64,000 nucleotides of DNA. Origin: Pseudomonadota bacterium. Lineage in GTDB: Bacteria > Campylobacterota > Campylobacteria > Campylobacterales > Sulfurimonadaceae. Location of the stretch: the NCBI GenBank assembly GCA_043797085.1, contig JAZDQA010000012.1:1-64000 (forward strand). Reading direction: 5' to 3'. Under the pieces are notes generated by a model, which saw nothing but the letters and a program-made list of their open reading frames with translations, made no database searches and was not told the DNA's origin. Of this stretch, positions 30,871 through 40,931 are shown one piece after another; within the stretch, counting starts at the first letter, position 1, and each line of letters starts with the position of its first letter. The translations under genes were made by a program, and so were the position numbers.

Positions 30871-32160
30871 TTAACTTAGTCGACAACGAACCGATGCTTC
30901 GTGAGCACCCAAACCTTCAGTATGAGCAATCAAGGCACACGCTTCACCAATCTCATTGATTGCTTGTTTTGAAAAAGCGATAATAGAAGATTTTTTCATA
31001 AAGTTCTCAACTCCCAAAGGAGAATAGAATTTTGCTGTTCCCCCTGTGGGTAACGTATGGTTAGGTCCTGCCACATAATCACCGATTGCTTCAGGGGTGT
31101 TATGACCTAAAAAGATCGCTCCTGCATGTTTGATAGACGCCAAAAGCTCAAACGGATTATTCGTTGCTACTTCTAAGTGCTCAGGTGCAATGCAATTCAT
31201 CAGTTTGACCGCTTCTTCCATCGACTCGGTAACGATAATTGCGGCACGCTCTTCGATTGATTTTCGTGCAATCTCTTCACGAGGAAGCTTTTTCAGCCAT
31301 CTTTCAATTTCAAGGGCACACGCATCTGCAAATGCTTGGGATGGAGTTATCAAGATGGAGCTTGCCATTTCATCGTGTTCTGCTTGTGATAGTAAGTCAA
31401 TGGCTATATGTTCAGGATTAGCTGAATCATCCGCTAAAACCCCAATCTCACTGGGACCTGCGATCATATCGATATTTACTTCACCAAACACCATTTTTTT
31501 TGCCGTGGCTACAAAAATATTTCCCGGACCCGTAATCACATCCACTTTAGGAATACTTTGTGTTCCGTACGCCATTGCCGCAATCGCACTGGCACCACCG
31601 ACTTTAAACACTTCGGTTACACCGCACAAATGGCACGCTGCCAGCAAAAGGGCATTGGGTTCATTATCCGGAGTTGGAGTACAAACGATGATGCGCTCTA
31701 CCCCTGCAACCTGAGCAGGAATAACATTCATAAGAAGTGAACTGGGATACGCTGCTTTTCCTCCCGGAATATACAGTCCGGCACAATCAACCGCAGTCAC
31801 TTTTTGCCCCAAGATCGTCCCGTTCGCTTCCGTATCAAACCAACTGCGAGGAAGCTGTTTTTCATGATAGGCACGGATACGATCGTACGCCAAATGAAGT
31901 GCCGATTTTAATCTAGGTTCAAGTTCGTCGTATGCTGTTTTCATATCCTCTGAATGGATTTTCAATTCAGACCCGCTTACAGGTGTCCAACGATCAAACT
32001 TTGCAATGTGTGTCATCAATGCACTATCTTTATCGATACGGATTTCATCAATAATCGTTTTAACGATAGTGGAAACATGTTCCATATCCATCTTTCCACG
32101 ATTTAAAAGTTCATCAAAAACCGTTTGAAAATTAGTGTCATTTGTTCGAATATTAACCAT
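30871..32160 (-). CDS. hisD: Histidinol dehydrogenase
   Basis: YIPGGKAAYPSS, GPGNIFV, DMIAGPSE, SQAEHD, APEHLE, GPNHTLPT. Confidence 0.98.
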   Translation of the reverse strand: MVNIRTNDTNFQTVFDELLNRGKMDMEHVSTIVKTIIDEIRIDKDSALMTHIAKFDRWTPVSGSELKIHSEDMKTAYDELEPRLKSALHLAYDRIRAYHEKQLPRSWFDTEANGTILGQKVTAVDCAGLYIPGGKAAYPSSLLMNVIPAQVAGVERIIVCTPTPDNEPNALLLAACHLCGVTEVFKVGGASAIAAMAYGTQSIPKVDVITGPGNIFVATAKKMVFGEVNIDMIAGPSEIGVLADDSANPEHIAIDLLSQAEHDEMASSILITPSQAFADACALEIERWLKKLPREEIARKSIEERAAIIVTESMEEAVKLMNCIAPEHLEVATNNPFELLASIKHAGAIFLGHNTPEAIGDYVAGPNHTLPTGGTAKFYSPLGVENFMKKSSIIAFSKQAINEIGEACALIAHTEGLGAHEASVRCRLS

Positions 32161-32173
32161 AATCTATCCTCTT

Positions 32174-32590
32174 TTACTTTTTCACTGATAATTTAGCGTG
32201 TTCACTGCTGACAATGTCAAGTGCTTTAAGAAAGCTTGTTGCATCAATAGCACCCATCAGCGGCTCAAACATTGGTTCAGCATTTCCTTTGATAAACCAT
32301 GTTGCAGGAGTGCCTCCCACATAAAGTTCACGAGGGAATAGAGGATTTTCATCCACATACACAATAGCTGCTACATAATTGGTATTAATTTTTTGAATCA
32401 CTTTTGGATCTTTGAGTGTTGTTGATTCCAGCTGAACACAATAACGGCAATTATGATTTGAAATAATAAACATCATTGGTTTATGCAGTGCTTTGGCTTG
32501 CTTGAGTGCTGTTGCATAATCTTTTTCCCATTTGATCCCTCCACCAAAAAGCGTAGAAAGTGTTAGAAGAAATATCAATACCGTTTTCAT
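32174..32590 (-). CDS. Exported thioredoxin-fold protein (SoxW/DsbD-C-like)
   Basis: Signal peptide, CRYC motif, GTP cis-Pro loop. Confidence 0.85.
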   Translation of the reverse strand: MKTVLIFLLTLSTLFGGGIKWEKDYATALKQAKALHKPMMFIISNHNCRYCVQLESTTLKDPKVIQKINTNYVAAIVYVDENPLFPRELYVGGTPATWFIKGNAEPMFEPLMGAIDATSFLKALDIVSSEHAKLSVKK

Positions 32591-33099
32591 CGTTTTTTAC
32601 CTTTTTTTATGATCTCTTTTGCAATCGCATCCACTGTTTTATCACTCACATCAATCACAATATCCGCAACGTTTAAATACTGCGGGAGTCTCTCTTCATA
32701 CAATGCACGTGCTTTTTCAATGTCTTTAAATAAAGGGCGTTTTTTAAACTTTTTTGCCGCATCTGGATGAGCCACGATACGCTCGTAAATCGTCTCAAAA
32801 GGGGCATTTAATAAAACGATTGTCCCTACTTTTTTTAATGCCGGAACTTTGAAAAAACCGCCACCGGTAGAGATGATCGTCCCCGTCACTTTTTTCTTTA
32901 GCCAGCGCGCTATCTTACGCTCCAGGTTACGGAAATATTCTTCGCCATCCGTAGCAAAAATTGTTTTGACGGAGCGATTTTCAATACTCTCAATAATGTC
33001 ATCCGTATCCAGTGCCATCATCGCCGTATGCTTCACCATCGCCCGCGCAATTGATCCCTTGCCAACTCCCATAAATCCGATTAACACAATATTTTTCAT
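32587..33099 (-). CDS. aroK: Shikimate kinase
   Basis: GFMGVGKG, DTD, GEEYFR, STGGG, RPL. Confidence 0.95.
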   Translation of the reverse strand: MKNIVLIGFMGVGKGSIARAMVKHTAMMALDTDDIIESIENRSVKTIFATDGEEYFRNLERKIARWLKKKVTGTIISTGGGFFKVPALKKVGTIVLLNAPFETIYERIVAHPDAAKKFKKRPLFKDIEKARALYEERLPQYLNVADIVIDVSDKTVDAIAKEIIKKGKKR

Positions 33100-33158
33100 G
33101 ACATACCAAAAATTTAAATTATAAGGGTGTAATCATATCAAAAATTAACTTAGTGCAT

Positions 33159-34745
33159 TTAGCTTTTAAACTCATTAATGCGTGCTTGCAATGATTGAGC
33201 AACACGCAAAAGCTTTTCAGAATCTCCCTCGATATTTTCAACACTTTTTTGATTGGATTGTGAAACATCATTAATCTGTGATATTTTTTCAATGATCCAT
33301 TCAATATTTTCCACCATTTCTATCGAATCTTTATACGATTTTTTAGCAATTACGACTGAATTTTCCATCTCTTGAGAGGTTGTCGAAATCTTTGCTTCCA
33401 CTTCCAGTGATATTGTTGTCAATCCATTCATATTGGTCGCATTTTCAGCAATCGTATCACTTACATCATTGATGGATTGAACAATCGTCCCAACATTGAC
33501 TTCAATTTCTGTCAGACTTTTTTGCGTTCGCTCAGCAAGTTTGCGCACCTCATCAGCAACTACTGCAAACCCTCGTCCATGCTCACCGGCACGTGCTGCT
33601 TCGATCGCCGCATTCAACGCCAAAAGATTGGTTTGATCAGCTATCTCTTTAATCACACCAAGAACACTTTTAACTTGTTGAGCATCTTGACGCAGACCTA
33701 CCAATCGGGCCGACATATCATTTTCTGTTTCTATGTAGCCTTCTACTTCATTAACAAGACGATCCAATGCATCTTTTGCACTTAAAAGCTCATCATTAGA
33801 ATTAGAAATGTTTCTTTGTGTCTGTTCTGATATTACCATTGCAGCAGAGAGTATCTCTTTGATTGAATGACTTTTTTGGGTTGTTGCTTCAACAATCGAT
33901 CGCTCTTTTTCCACTCCTGATAAAATATTTTGCGTTGCTTGAGTAATCGTCGAAGCAATCATTACATTTTGCTTTCCTAATGACTTTACCTCATTAATGG
34001 TTTCTTGAATCATCTCTACAAAGTTATTAACGGATATTGCAGCTTCGGCAAACTCATCTTTTTTCGTCACTTCGAGTCGTTTGGTTAAATCTTTGTCTCC
34101 GCTGACCAATTCAGCAATACGAGTACGCAAGCCATAAAGCGGGATTATTACTTCTCGACCAAAAAAGAGATTTAATACTAGAACAAAAGCGATGACCCCA
34201 ATCCCTAATGCCATCAACAAAATATTTTGTGTTTTATCAATTGCTTCATCATTTTTTTCTAACGAAATAACCAAGTCCATAACACCAAGAGTATCTCCTG
34301 CTTGAACATTCGTATGACAAGCAAGACATTTATCTTCCGCAATCAGAGGCTGAAGAAGTCGAATAGTGTGCCCTGACTCTTGATTTTCTACAACCTCGGA
34401 CTTTTTAGTTTCGAAGACTTTTTTAATAAGCACATCATCACTTGAAGTTCCATGAGAACCAAATAACTCATTTACGGCCTTAGAGCGTTCAATTTTAATA
34501 TCAGTAATGCCCTCAATCCCCTTAGCCGCTTCAATTGTTTCAGCAACAACTTTCGGATCACCTGCCAACATACTTTGTGTTAATGTTTGAAAAATTGATT
34601 GGCTTAACATACCCAAAGAACGCTTGGCAGTTGCATTGGAAAAATCGTTGAATGTTAGGCTTAAATAGCCATAAATAGCCCCTACTCCCAAAACACTAAA
34701 GACTAATATGGAAAAAATTACTTTTGATTTAACTGTGTTAAGCAT
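33159..34745 (-). CDS. Methyl-accepting chemotaxis protein with periplasmic c-heme (CXXCH) sensor
   Basis: [48 protein letters not shown]. Confidence 0.95.
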   Translation of the reverse strand: MLNTVKSKVIFSILVFSVLGVGAIYGYLSLTFNDFSNATAKRSLGMLSQSIFQTLTQSMLAGDPKVVAETIEAAKGIEGITDIKIERSKAVNELFGSHGTSSDDVLIKKVFETKKSEVVENQESGHTIRLLQPLIAEDKCLACHTNVQAGDTLGVMDLVISLEKNDEAIDKTQNILLMALGIGVIAFVLVLNLFFGREVIIPLYGLRTRIAELVSGDKDLTKRLEVTKKDEFAEAAISVNNFVEMIQETINEVKSLGKQNVMIASTITQATQNILSGVEKERSIVEATTQKSHSIKEILSAAMVISEQTQRNISNSNDELLSAKDALDRLVNEVEGYIETENDMSARLVGLRQDAQQVKSVLGVIKEIADQTNLLALNAAIEAARAGEHGRGFAVVADEVRKLAERTQKSLTEIEVNVGTIVQSINDVSDTIAENATNMNGLTTISLEVEAKISTTSQEMENSVVIAKKSYKDSIEMVENIEWIIEKISQINDVSQSNQKSVENIEGDSEKLLRVAQSLQARINEFKS

Positions 34746-34791
34746 TCTATATACTCCGATTTTTTGTAGCGTAAAATTTAACTTCTAAATC

Positions 34792-36162
34792 TTATTGTAC
34801 CGTATAATGTTCACCTTCATGCGGATAGCTCACAATTCCTTGCAGTGTTTGTATTTTAATGGGCAGATTCATCGGTCGACGCATCGATACAGGATCAACC
34901 TTGCTGACACTAAAATGCAAATGCGGGGCTGTGGTATACCCTGTATTTCCAGAATACGCAATCAACTGCCCTTTTTTCACTACATCTCCAATTTTAACCG
35001 CTGAGCCTCCTAATTTAAGGTGATAATAATTTCCCAGCGTTCCATCGCTATGCCGAATGTTGACATAGTTCATAAACGTGCGGTACTGCGGTGACGGTCC
35101 TCCAAAATTATTGCTTACATCCACGCCGACAACATCTCCTTCACGCGCTGCATAGATAGGTGTCCCAATAGGAAGAGAAAAATCAATCGCGTAAGCTGAC
35201 AATCCTTTATGCGATAAGCCTCCATTATATCCTTGTGATACCCGCACGTTTGTTCCAGTAGCAAAGGGAAGCCTATAAACATAAGAATCATCATGCTGGG
35301 CAAAAGCCGAACCCTTTACCCAACCGTAGGAAGATTGATAATCTGTTAGTGATGATTTTACAATAGGACTAAGAGTCAAAATCTCTTTTTTAGTGCGCCC
35401 TGGAAGCTCAATGTATAATGGAAGCGAATGATTGGCTTTTAAATTGGTCAGTTTTTCAAAATCCAATGACAGTGTCACCAAATAAGGGTTAAGATTTTCT
35501 GCTTCAAATACCATTTCACCTTTGGCATTGCGCTCGCCTACAACAATAACACTGTTTCTTGAACCTATTTTAGCGGTTCGCTTAATCCCTTTCACTTCTG
35601 AACGCTTTAAAATTCTCAAATGCTCCTCATACGCCTGCTCTTGTTCCATTGAAAACTGTATACTTTTAGCTTCTAAGGCTTGTTCCTTGCACAAAGAATC
35701 CAAATTTTTAATCGAGTGATCAGAAAAGTTTTTTTGATAAAAAGCTATCGCCTCTGAACGGACACGCGGCTGATGCAGAGGTTCCAATTCGATCGATGCC
35801 AAGTGCTCGAATTTTTGTTTATCCTTCGTCTCAATCGAATCCAGTAATGATTTTCGATACAGTTGATAAATAACCTCTTGACGTGATGATAATGAACGTA
35901 GTTGCTGTAGATATGTATTTAATTTACCTTTATCTTTTTTAGAAGGCTCTCGTAATGACTCCCCCAAAAGTAATGTCTCCTGAACATCTTTGCAATAATT
36001 TGCAATAATTTTTGGTTCTTCTGTCTCTAAAAATGCTTCATTTAACTGAATCAATCGACGTGAATCTTTTTCAAGCGGTTGAGCAAGTGCGTAAAATGGC
36101 AGTAAATTTTCTCCGCGGACAAGGATAATGCTGCACAGTAAAAAAATAATAGATTTTAGCAC
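34792..36162 (-). CDS. M23-family metallopeptidase
   Basis: H...AIDF, YYHL, SGNTGYTTAPHLHF; N-terminal signal. Confidence 0.9.
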   Translation of the reverse strand: MLKSIIFLLCSIILVRGENLLPFYALAQPLEKDSRRLIQLNEAFLETEEPKIIANYCKDVQETLLLGESLREPSKKDKGKLNTYLQQLRSLSSRQEVIYQLYRKSLLDSIETKDKQKFEHLASIELEPLHQPRVRSEAIAFYQKNFSDHSIKNLDSLCKEQALEAKSIQFSMEQEQAYEEHLRILKRSEVKGIKRTAKIGSRNSVIVVGERNAKGEMVFEAENLNPYLVTLSLDFEKLTNLKANHSLPLYIELPGRTKKEILTLSPIVKSSLTDYQSSYGWVKGSAFAQHDDSYVYRLPFATGTNVRVSQGYNGGLSHKGLSAYAIDFSLPIGTPIYAAREGDVVGVDVSNNFGGPSPQYRTFMNYVNIRHSDGTLGNYYHLKLGGSAVKIGDVVKKGQLIAYSGNTGYTTAPHLHFSVSKVDPVSMRRPMNLPIKIQTLQGIVSYPHEGEHYTVQ

Positions 36163-36285
36163 TCTCCACTAACCCTTTTAACATCATTCTATAAATTCTA
36201 ATCCTCTCATTTTAGCACATCTAAAGAGCATATAGTCGCAAGGTCTGCTATAATAAAGATTATTTTTATTCAGTACGGAGTAATC

Positions 36286-37365
36286 ATGTCCATGCGTATT
36301 TTAGACTCAATCAAACCAGGTGTCGTATTCGGCGAAGATTTATATACTCTTTTTGCCATTGCCAAACAAGAAGGCTTTGCTCTTCCTGCTGTTAATGTTG
36401 TCGGAACCGATTCAATCAACGCGGTTCTTGAAGCTGCCAAAATAGTCAATTCTCCAGTAGTCATTCAGTTTTCCAATGGTGGGGCAAGCTACTATGCAGG
36501 AAAAGGGCTTAGTAACGAAAATGAAAAAGCAGCGATTGTTGGTGCAATCAGTGGCGCATTGCATGTTCATATGATGGCAGAAGCATACGGGATTCCTGTA
36601 GTATTGCATACCGATCATGCTGCTCGTCATCTTCTTCCATGGATTGATGCCTTGTTGGATGCAGGTGAAAAACACTTCGCTCAATATGGCAAACCCCTCT
36701 TTAGCTCTCACATGCTTGATCTCTCGGAAGAGAGTTTGGAAGAAAATGTTGCCACCTGCGTACGCTATATGGAACGAATGGCTAAAATCGGAATGACACT
36801 GGAGATCGAATTGGGCGTTACCGGCGGGGAAGAAGATGGCGTAGACAATAGTAATATCGATAATTCACTTTTGTACACCCAACCTGAAGATGTTGCCTAC
36901 GCCTACGAAAAACTCATGGCGGTCAGTAAAAATTTCACGATTGCGGCATCTTTCGGTAACGTTCACGGCGTCTATAAACCGGGAAATGTCGTCCTCACGC
37001 CAATCATCCTCGATAACTCTCAAAAATACATCCAAGAAAAATTCAATACAGCTCCTAAGCCTGTTAATTTCGTCTTTCACGGCGGGTCAGGCTCAACACT
37101 CGAAGAGATTCGTGAAGCCATTAGCTACGGTGTTATTAAAATGAACATTGATACCGATACCCAATGGGCAACATGGGAAGGGGTCAAAGATTATTATGAG
37201 AAATATAAAGATTATCTCCAAGGACAAATCGGAAATCCTGAAGGGGAAGACAAACCGAATAAAAAGTATTATGACCCTCGTAAATGGTTGCAAGCTGGAC
37301 AAAAAACATTAATAAATCGTGTAAAAGTAGCGTTTAATGACTTAAATGCGATCGATAGAAATTAA
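36286..37365 (+). CDS. fbaA: Class II fructose-bisphosphate aldolase
   Basis: HTDHA, SSHMLDLS, GGEEDG, FGNVHGVY, FHGGSG, NIDTD. Confidence 0.98.
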   Translation: MSMRILDSIKPGVVFGEDLYTLFAIAKQEGFALPAVNVVGTDSINAVLEAAKIVNSPVVIQFSNGGASYYAGKGLSNENEKAAIVGAISGALHVHMMAEAYGIPVVLHTDHAARHLLPWIDALLDAGEKHFAQYGKPLFSSHMLDLSEESLEENVATCVRYMERMAKIGMTLEIELGVTGGEEDGVDNSNIDNSLLYTQPEDVAYAYEKLMAVSKNFTIAASFGNVHGVYKPGNVVLTPIILDNSQKYIQEKFNTAPKPVNFVFHGGSGSTLEEIREAISYGVIKMNIDTDTQWATWEGVKDYYEKYKDYLQGQIGNPEGEDKPNKKYYDPRKWLQAGQKTLINRVKVAFNDLNAIDRN

Positions 37366-37377
37366 CCTTATTCCCTT

Positions 37378-37451
37378 CTCGTCCTACCCAAGAACCTCTT
37401 TGAGGTCCCGTACTTCACGTGCCCTTTAAGGGGGTAGATACGGGATCCATC
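37378..37451 (+). repeat. Composite REP-like element with nested mini-hairpins (left of HiPIP)
   Basis: CTCGTC..CAAGAACCTCTTTGAGGTCCCGTACTT..GTGCCCT..GATACGGGATCCATC. Confidence 0.7.
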
Positions 37452-37663
37452 TTTCTTTCACTCGTATAATTACATCACCATTCAAGAAGACAGTATAATA
37501 AACTGCAAGATATCCTGTCTCATCCAATTCCAAAATATAAAACGTTAAAGTGATGAAAAAAATTCATTACGTATTAAAAATAATTCTATATAAATAGATA
37601 TAGCTGTATGATTTAATCAAACAATATCTTAACAGATGAGGATATTTGTGAAAAGGATATAAA

Positions 37664-37918
37664 ATGACAACAGCATTATCCCGCAGAAGCTTTTTCAAAC
37701 ATATGTTGGCAATCGGTGCAGTCACTTTTTTGACTTCTCCATTACATGCTAAAGTGACTAAAGTGTCCGTAAAATATCAGGAAAAGCCCTCCAACGGCAA
37801 AAAATGCAAAGATTGCCTCCATTTTCTAGCAGCTACAAACGAATGTAAACTGGTAGGAGGAAAAATAAAAGCCGAAGGCTGGTGCAACTTGTACCAAAAA
37901 ACTCCAAAAAAAGCCTAA
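37664..37918 (+). CDS. Tat-exported high-potential iron-sulfur protein (HiPIP)
   Basis: SRRSFFK Tat signal; YQ...CKDC..F...C...I...GWC..Y HiPIP pattern; AGGA RBS. Confidence 0.9.
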   Translation: MTTALSRRSFFKHMLAIGAVTFLTSPLHAKVTKVSVKYQEKPSNGKKCKDCLHFLAATNECKLVGGKIKAEGWCNLYQKTPKKA

Positions 37919-37993
37919 TATTAAAAAAATTTACTAAACCGTCCGCCTCTTATAGTTTATTATACTGCCTTCTTAAGAGGAAAAATGAAAAGG

Positions 37994-38057
37994 GATGAAT
38001 TCCGTGTCAGAGCACGGAACCTCTTTGAGGTTCTTGTGCCCTATAGAGTATGACGAG
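37994..38057 (-). repeat. Composite REP-like element, inverted relative to 37378-37451 (right of HiPIP)
   Basis: Reverse complement CTCGTCAT..GGGCACAAGAACCTCAAAGAGGTTCCGTGCTCTGACACGGAATTCATC. Confidence 0.7.
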
Positions 38058-38084
38058 GATATAACTGTGAATGGAATTGTAATA

Positions 38085-38927
38085 TTATTTAGAATAGGTA
38101 ATTTTTGCTTTTGATTTTAGCGCAGACATCTTTTTATCCATATGAACTTTAAATTTATCCATTTTTAGACGTTGTTCGATAAAGTTTTTAACCTCATCAA
38201 AACTCATCTTTTTTGCTGGCATTTTATCTTCTAGATAGATAACATGGAATCCAAATTGGCTTTGTACCGGATCCGATGAAATTGTTCCTTCTTTCATAGC
38301 GAAGACAGCATCATTAAAAGATGGAACCATCTGACCGCGAGGGAAGTATCCTAAATCTCCCCCTTTAGCTGCACTTGGTCCTGTTGATTTTGATTTTGCC
38401 TGAGCTATAAATTCTGCTTTGAGCTTATCACCGCCAAAACCTCTCATGCTTTTGATCACTGCTTCCGCATCATCAGCAGTTTTAACCAAAATATGACGTG
38501 CGTGTACTTTTTCTTTGTCTACAAACTCATCAACATTGGCATCGTAATAAGCTTTTACCTCTTTGGCATCTACCTTGATAGCATCAAACTGCTGTTGCTC
38601 CCATACTTTTGCTGCAAGCTGCATTTTCATACGCTCTGCAAGCTTTTGGTATTCACTCTTATACTCTTTAGATTCTAAGATTCCTGTTTTTTGGGCATCA
38701 TCAAATACTAATTGCTGAGCAACCATCCCTTCAATGATACGTTGACGAAGTTCATTTTGTTTATCTGCAGGTAGAGAATCGAAACGCCCTTGCGTCCCCT
38801 CCATAAGTACACGATTGACTTCATCCGATGTAATAGCATCACCATTAACCGTCGCTAGAACTGCTGCATTGGCAATTGTTGCACTTAATAAAACCCCTAA
38901 TACCCATACGCCAAACTGTCGTCTCAT
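38085..38927 (-). CDS. Periplasmic parvulin-type peptidyl-prolyl isomerase (PEB4/PrsA-like)
   Basis: Signal peptide; HARHILV, GGDLGYF, MVPSF, SQFGFHVI. Confidence 0.93.
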   Translation of the reverse strand: MRRQFGVWVLGVLLSATIANAAVLATVNGDAITSDEVNRVLMEGTQGRFDSLPADKQNELRQRIIEGMVAQQLVFDDAQKTGILESKEYKSEYQKLAERMKMQLAAKVWEQQQFDAIKVDAKEVKAYYDANVDEFVDKEKVHARHILVKTADDAEAVIKSMRGFGGDKLKAEFIAQAKSKSTGPSAAKGGDLGYFPRGQMVPSFNDAVFAMKEGTISSDPVQSQFGFHVIYLEDKMPAKKMSFDEVKNFIEQRLKMDKFKVHMDKKMSALKSKAKITYSK

Positions 38928-39002
38928 TGTTGTCCTTGTTTAATCTTCGATTGAGCGAATTATAATACAAATAAAAGAATATCGTATACAAATTAATCAA
39001 TG

Positions 39003-40919
39003 TTAAACACTTAATTCTTTTCGACTCTCATAGGCAAGCTCTAAATAGCGATCAATCGTCTGTAATAAAAAGTTTTTATCGATTGGCTTTGCAAGGTGAG
39101 CATCCAAACCTGCACGAATAATACGTTCACGATCTCCAATCAAAGCATGGGCAGTTAGAGCAATTACCGGAGTAAATCCTCGTTTATCACGCTTATCAAT
39201 CTCTTTAATCAGTCTGTTTGCCGTTAATCCATCCATTACAGGCATATCAATGTCCATTAATACCAGATCAAAGGACTCTGCTAGATACGCATCGACTGCT
39301 TTTTGTCCATTATCTACGGCAGTAACCTTAAAATTATGCTGCTGTAAAATTGTTTCCAGTAATTTTAGGTTAATCGGATTATCTTCAGCAACCAAAATTT
39401 TTGCATTTTCTATGGTAGCTTCAGGCTTGCGCTCTGTTGTTTGTGCATAAGGCTCTTCTTGTGAAACTGTTTTTCCTAACATAGAGAATATTTTATGCAA
39501 GGTACTCGGTAAAAGAGGTGTCATAATAATTGATTCAACTGTTTTACGTAGATATACCCCTTTTTCTTTTGATTGCGCATCCAAAACTGCCACTATTTGC
39601 AAATGTGGATACGTTGCTTTGAGAGACTCTGCTTGTGATACGGAAAGATGAGGGACATCAATCAGCAATACATCACAGAAGTTAAGCTCTGGATTCACCA
39701 ATGAGGAAACAGGAATGACTTTCAATTTGAGCAGATCCAGATATTTTTCCAACAAAACACTCTGCGTCGAATGAGGCTCATGGGAATAAAAAGCAATCGT
39801 TTTAGCTTCGATAGTACCCAAATGTGTATAGTCATCAACTTCATGGGAAATACGGAATGAAAAGCGTGATCCTCTCCCCACTTCAGAAGCCAGCATTAAA
39901 TGCGAATCCATCATATCGATGTATTTATGACTCAATGATAGACCTACTCCCATACCGTCTTGTCCATGACGTTGATTCTCCCATGCTGACGAAAAGGGTC
40001 GCAACAAAGTTATCATACGTCCACTTTCAATACCAACACCCGTATCACTGACGGCATATTCCACTTCAACTTTGTTTTGTTCTTGTTTTACGATTAAAAT
40101 TTCAAGCAAAACTTGACCGGATATGGGAGTAAATTTGATAGCATTTTGAACTAAGTTTCGAAGAATGGTCAAAATCTTGTCCTGATCACCCTTGATCTCT
40201 AACGGTAATCTAGGATCAATTAAAACACTCCAGCGTATTTCTTTTGCATCGAGCATCTCCGTAAATTGCATTGAAAAATTTTCATACACCTCAAAAGGTT
40301 TAAATGGGTTCAGGTTCGGCTGGATACCGCCACCTTCAACTTGCATCAACTCCAAAAGATTTTCAATGTTTCGCATCATGGAAGAGGCGCTTTTACCTGC
40401 CATATCGATGTATTCTTGTTGCCACGAACTAAGCGGACTGGAACGTAATAAATCAACAAAACCGATAATAGCATTCATAGGCGTTCGAAACTCGTGTGAT
40501 ATATTGGTTAAAAGTTTCTTTTTAAATCGCTCAAAATAACGCTCTGCGAGCAAAGCCCGCTCCAGTGCTGTAGTATCTCGAAGTACTATGGCTACAACAA
40601 ATTCATCTCCAAGAACAATCACTTCTGTGCGAATCACAACCTCATACGTTTTTGACTTTGTGCTGGCTTTACCGCGATACTCTCCAGAATTGGAAAGGAT
40701 ATAAGATAATTCTACCCCTTGAGGATGCAACCAAAACTTCAAAGGAAGGAGTGAAGCTATCTCATCAATCCCAAAAAAACTGAGTAAAAGTTGGTTGCTA
40801 CCACCAATTTCACCTGTAAGATTAGTATACAAAAAAGGATCACCATGCGTTGATGCACAGGATGTGAGCATGCCTAGTTCGCGAGAAAATGTATGTTCAA
40901 ATAGACTCGTGTAGTTCAT
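39003..40919 (-). CDS. Cytoplasmic hybrid histidine kinase (HisKA-HATPase-pseudoREC-REC)
   Basis: SHEFRTPMN, NAIKFT, DTGVG, GVGL; LMDIDMP, KP; no TM helix. Confidence 0.92.
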   Translation of the reverse strand: MNYTSLFEHTFSRELGMLTSCASTHGDPFLYTNLTGEIGGSNQLLLSFFGIDEIASLLPLKFWLHPQGVELSYILSNSGEYRGKASTKSKTYEVVIRTEVIVLGDEFVVAIVLRDTTALERALLAERYFERFKKKLLTNISHEFRTPMNAIIGFVDLLRSSPLSSWQQEYIDMAGKSASSMMRNIENLLELMQVEGGGIQPNLNPFKPFEVYENFSMQFTEMLDAKEIRWSVLIDPRLPLEIKGDQDKILTILRNLVQNAIKFTPISGQVLLEILIVKQEQNKVEVEYAVSDTGVGIESGRMITLLRPFSSAWENQRHGQDGMGVGLSLSHKYIDMMDSHLMLASEVGRGSRFSFRISHEVDDYTHLGTIEAKTIAFYSHEPHSTQSVLLEKYLDLLKLKVIPVSSLVNPELNFCDVLLIDVPHLSVSQAESLKATYPHLQIVAVLDAQSKEKGVYLRKTVESIIMTPLLPSTLHKIFSMLGKTVSQEEPYAQTTERKPEATIENAKILVAEDNPINLKLLETILQQHNFKVTAVDNGQKAVDAYLAESFDLVLMDIDMPVMDGLTANRLIKEIDKRDKRGFTPVIALTAHALIGDRERIIRAGLDAHLAKPIDKNFLLQTIDRYLELAYESRKELSV

Positions 40920-40931
40920 ATCAAAATAACC

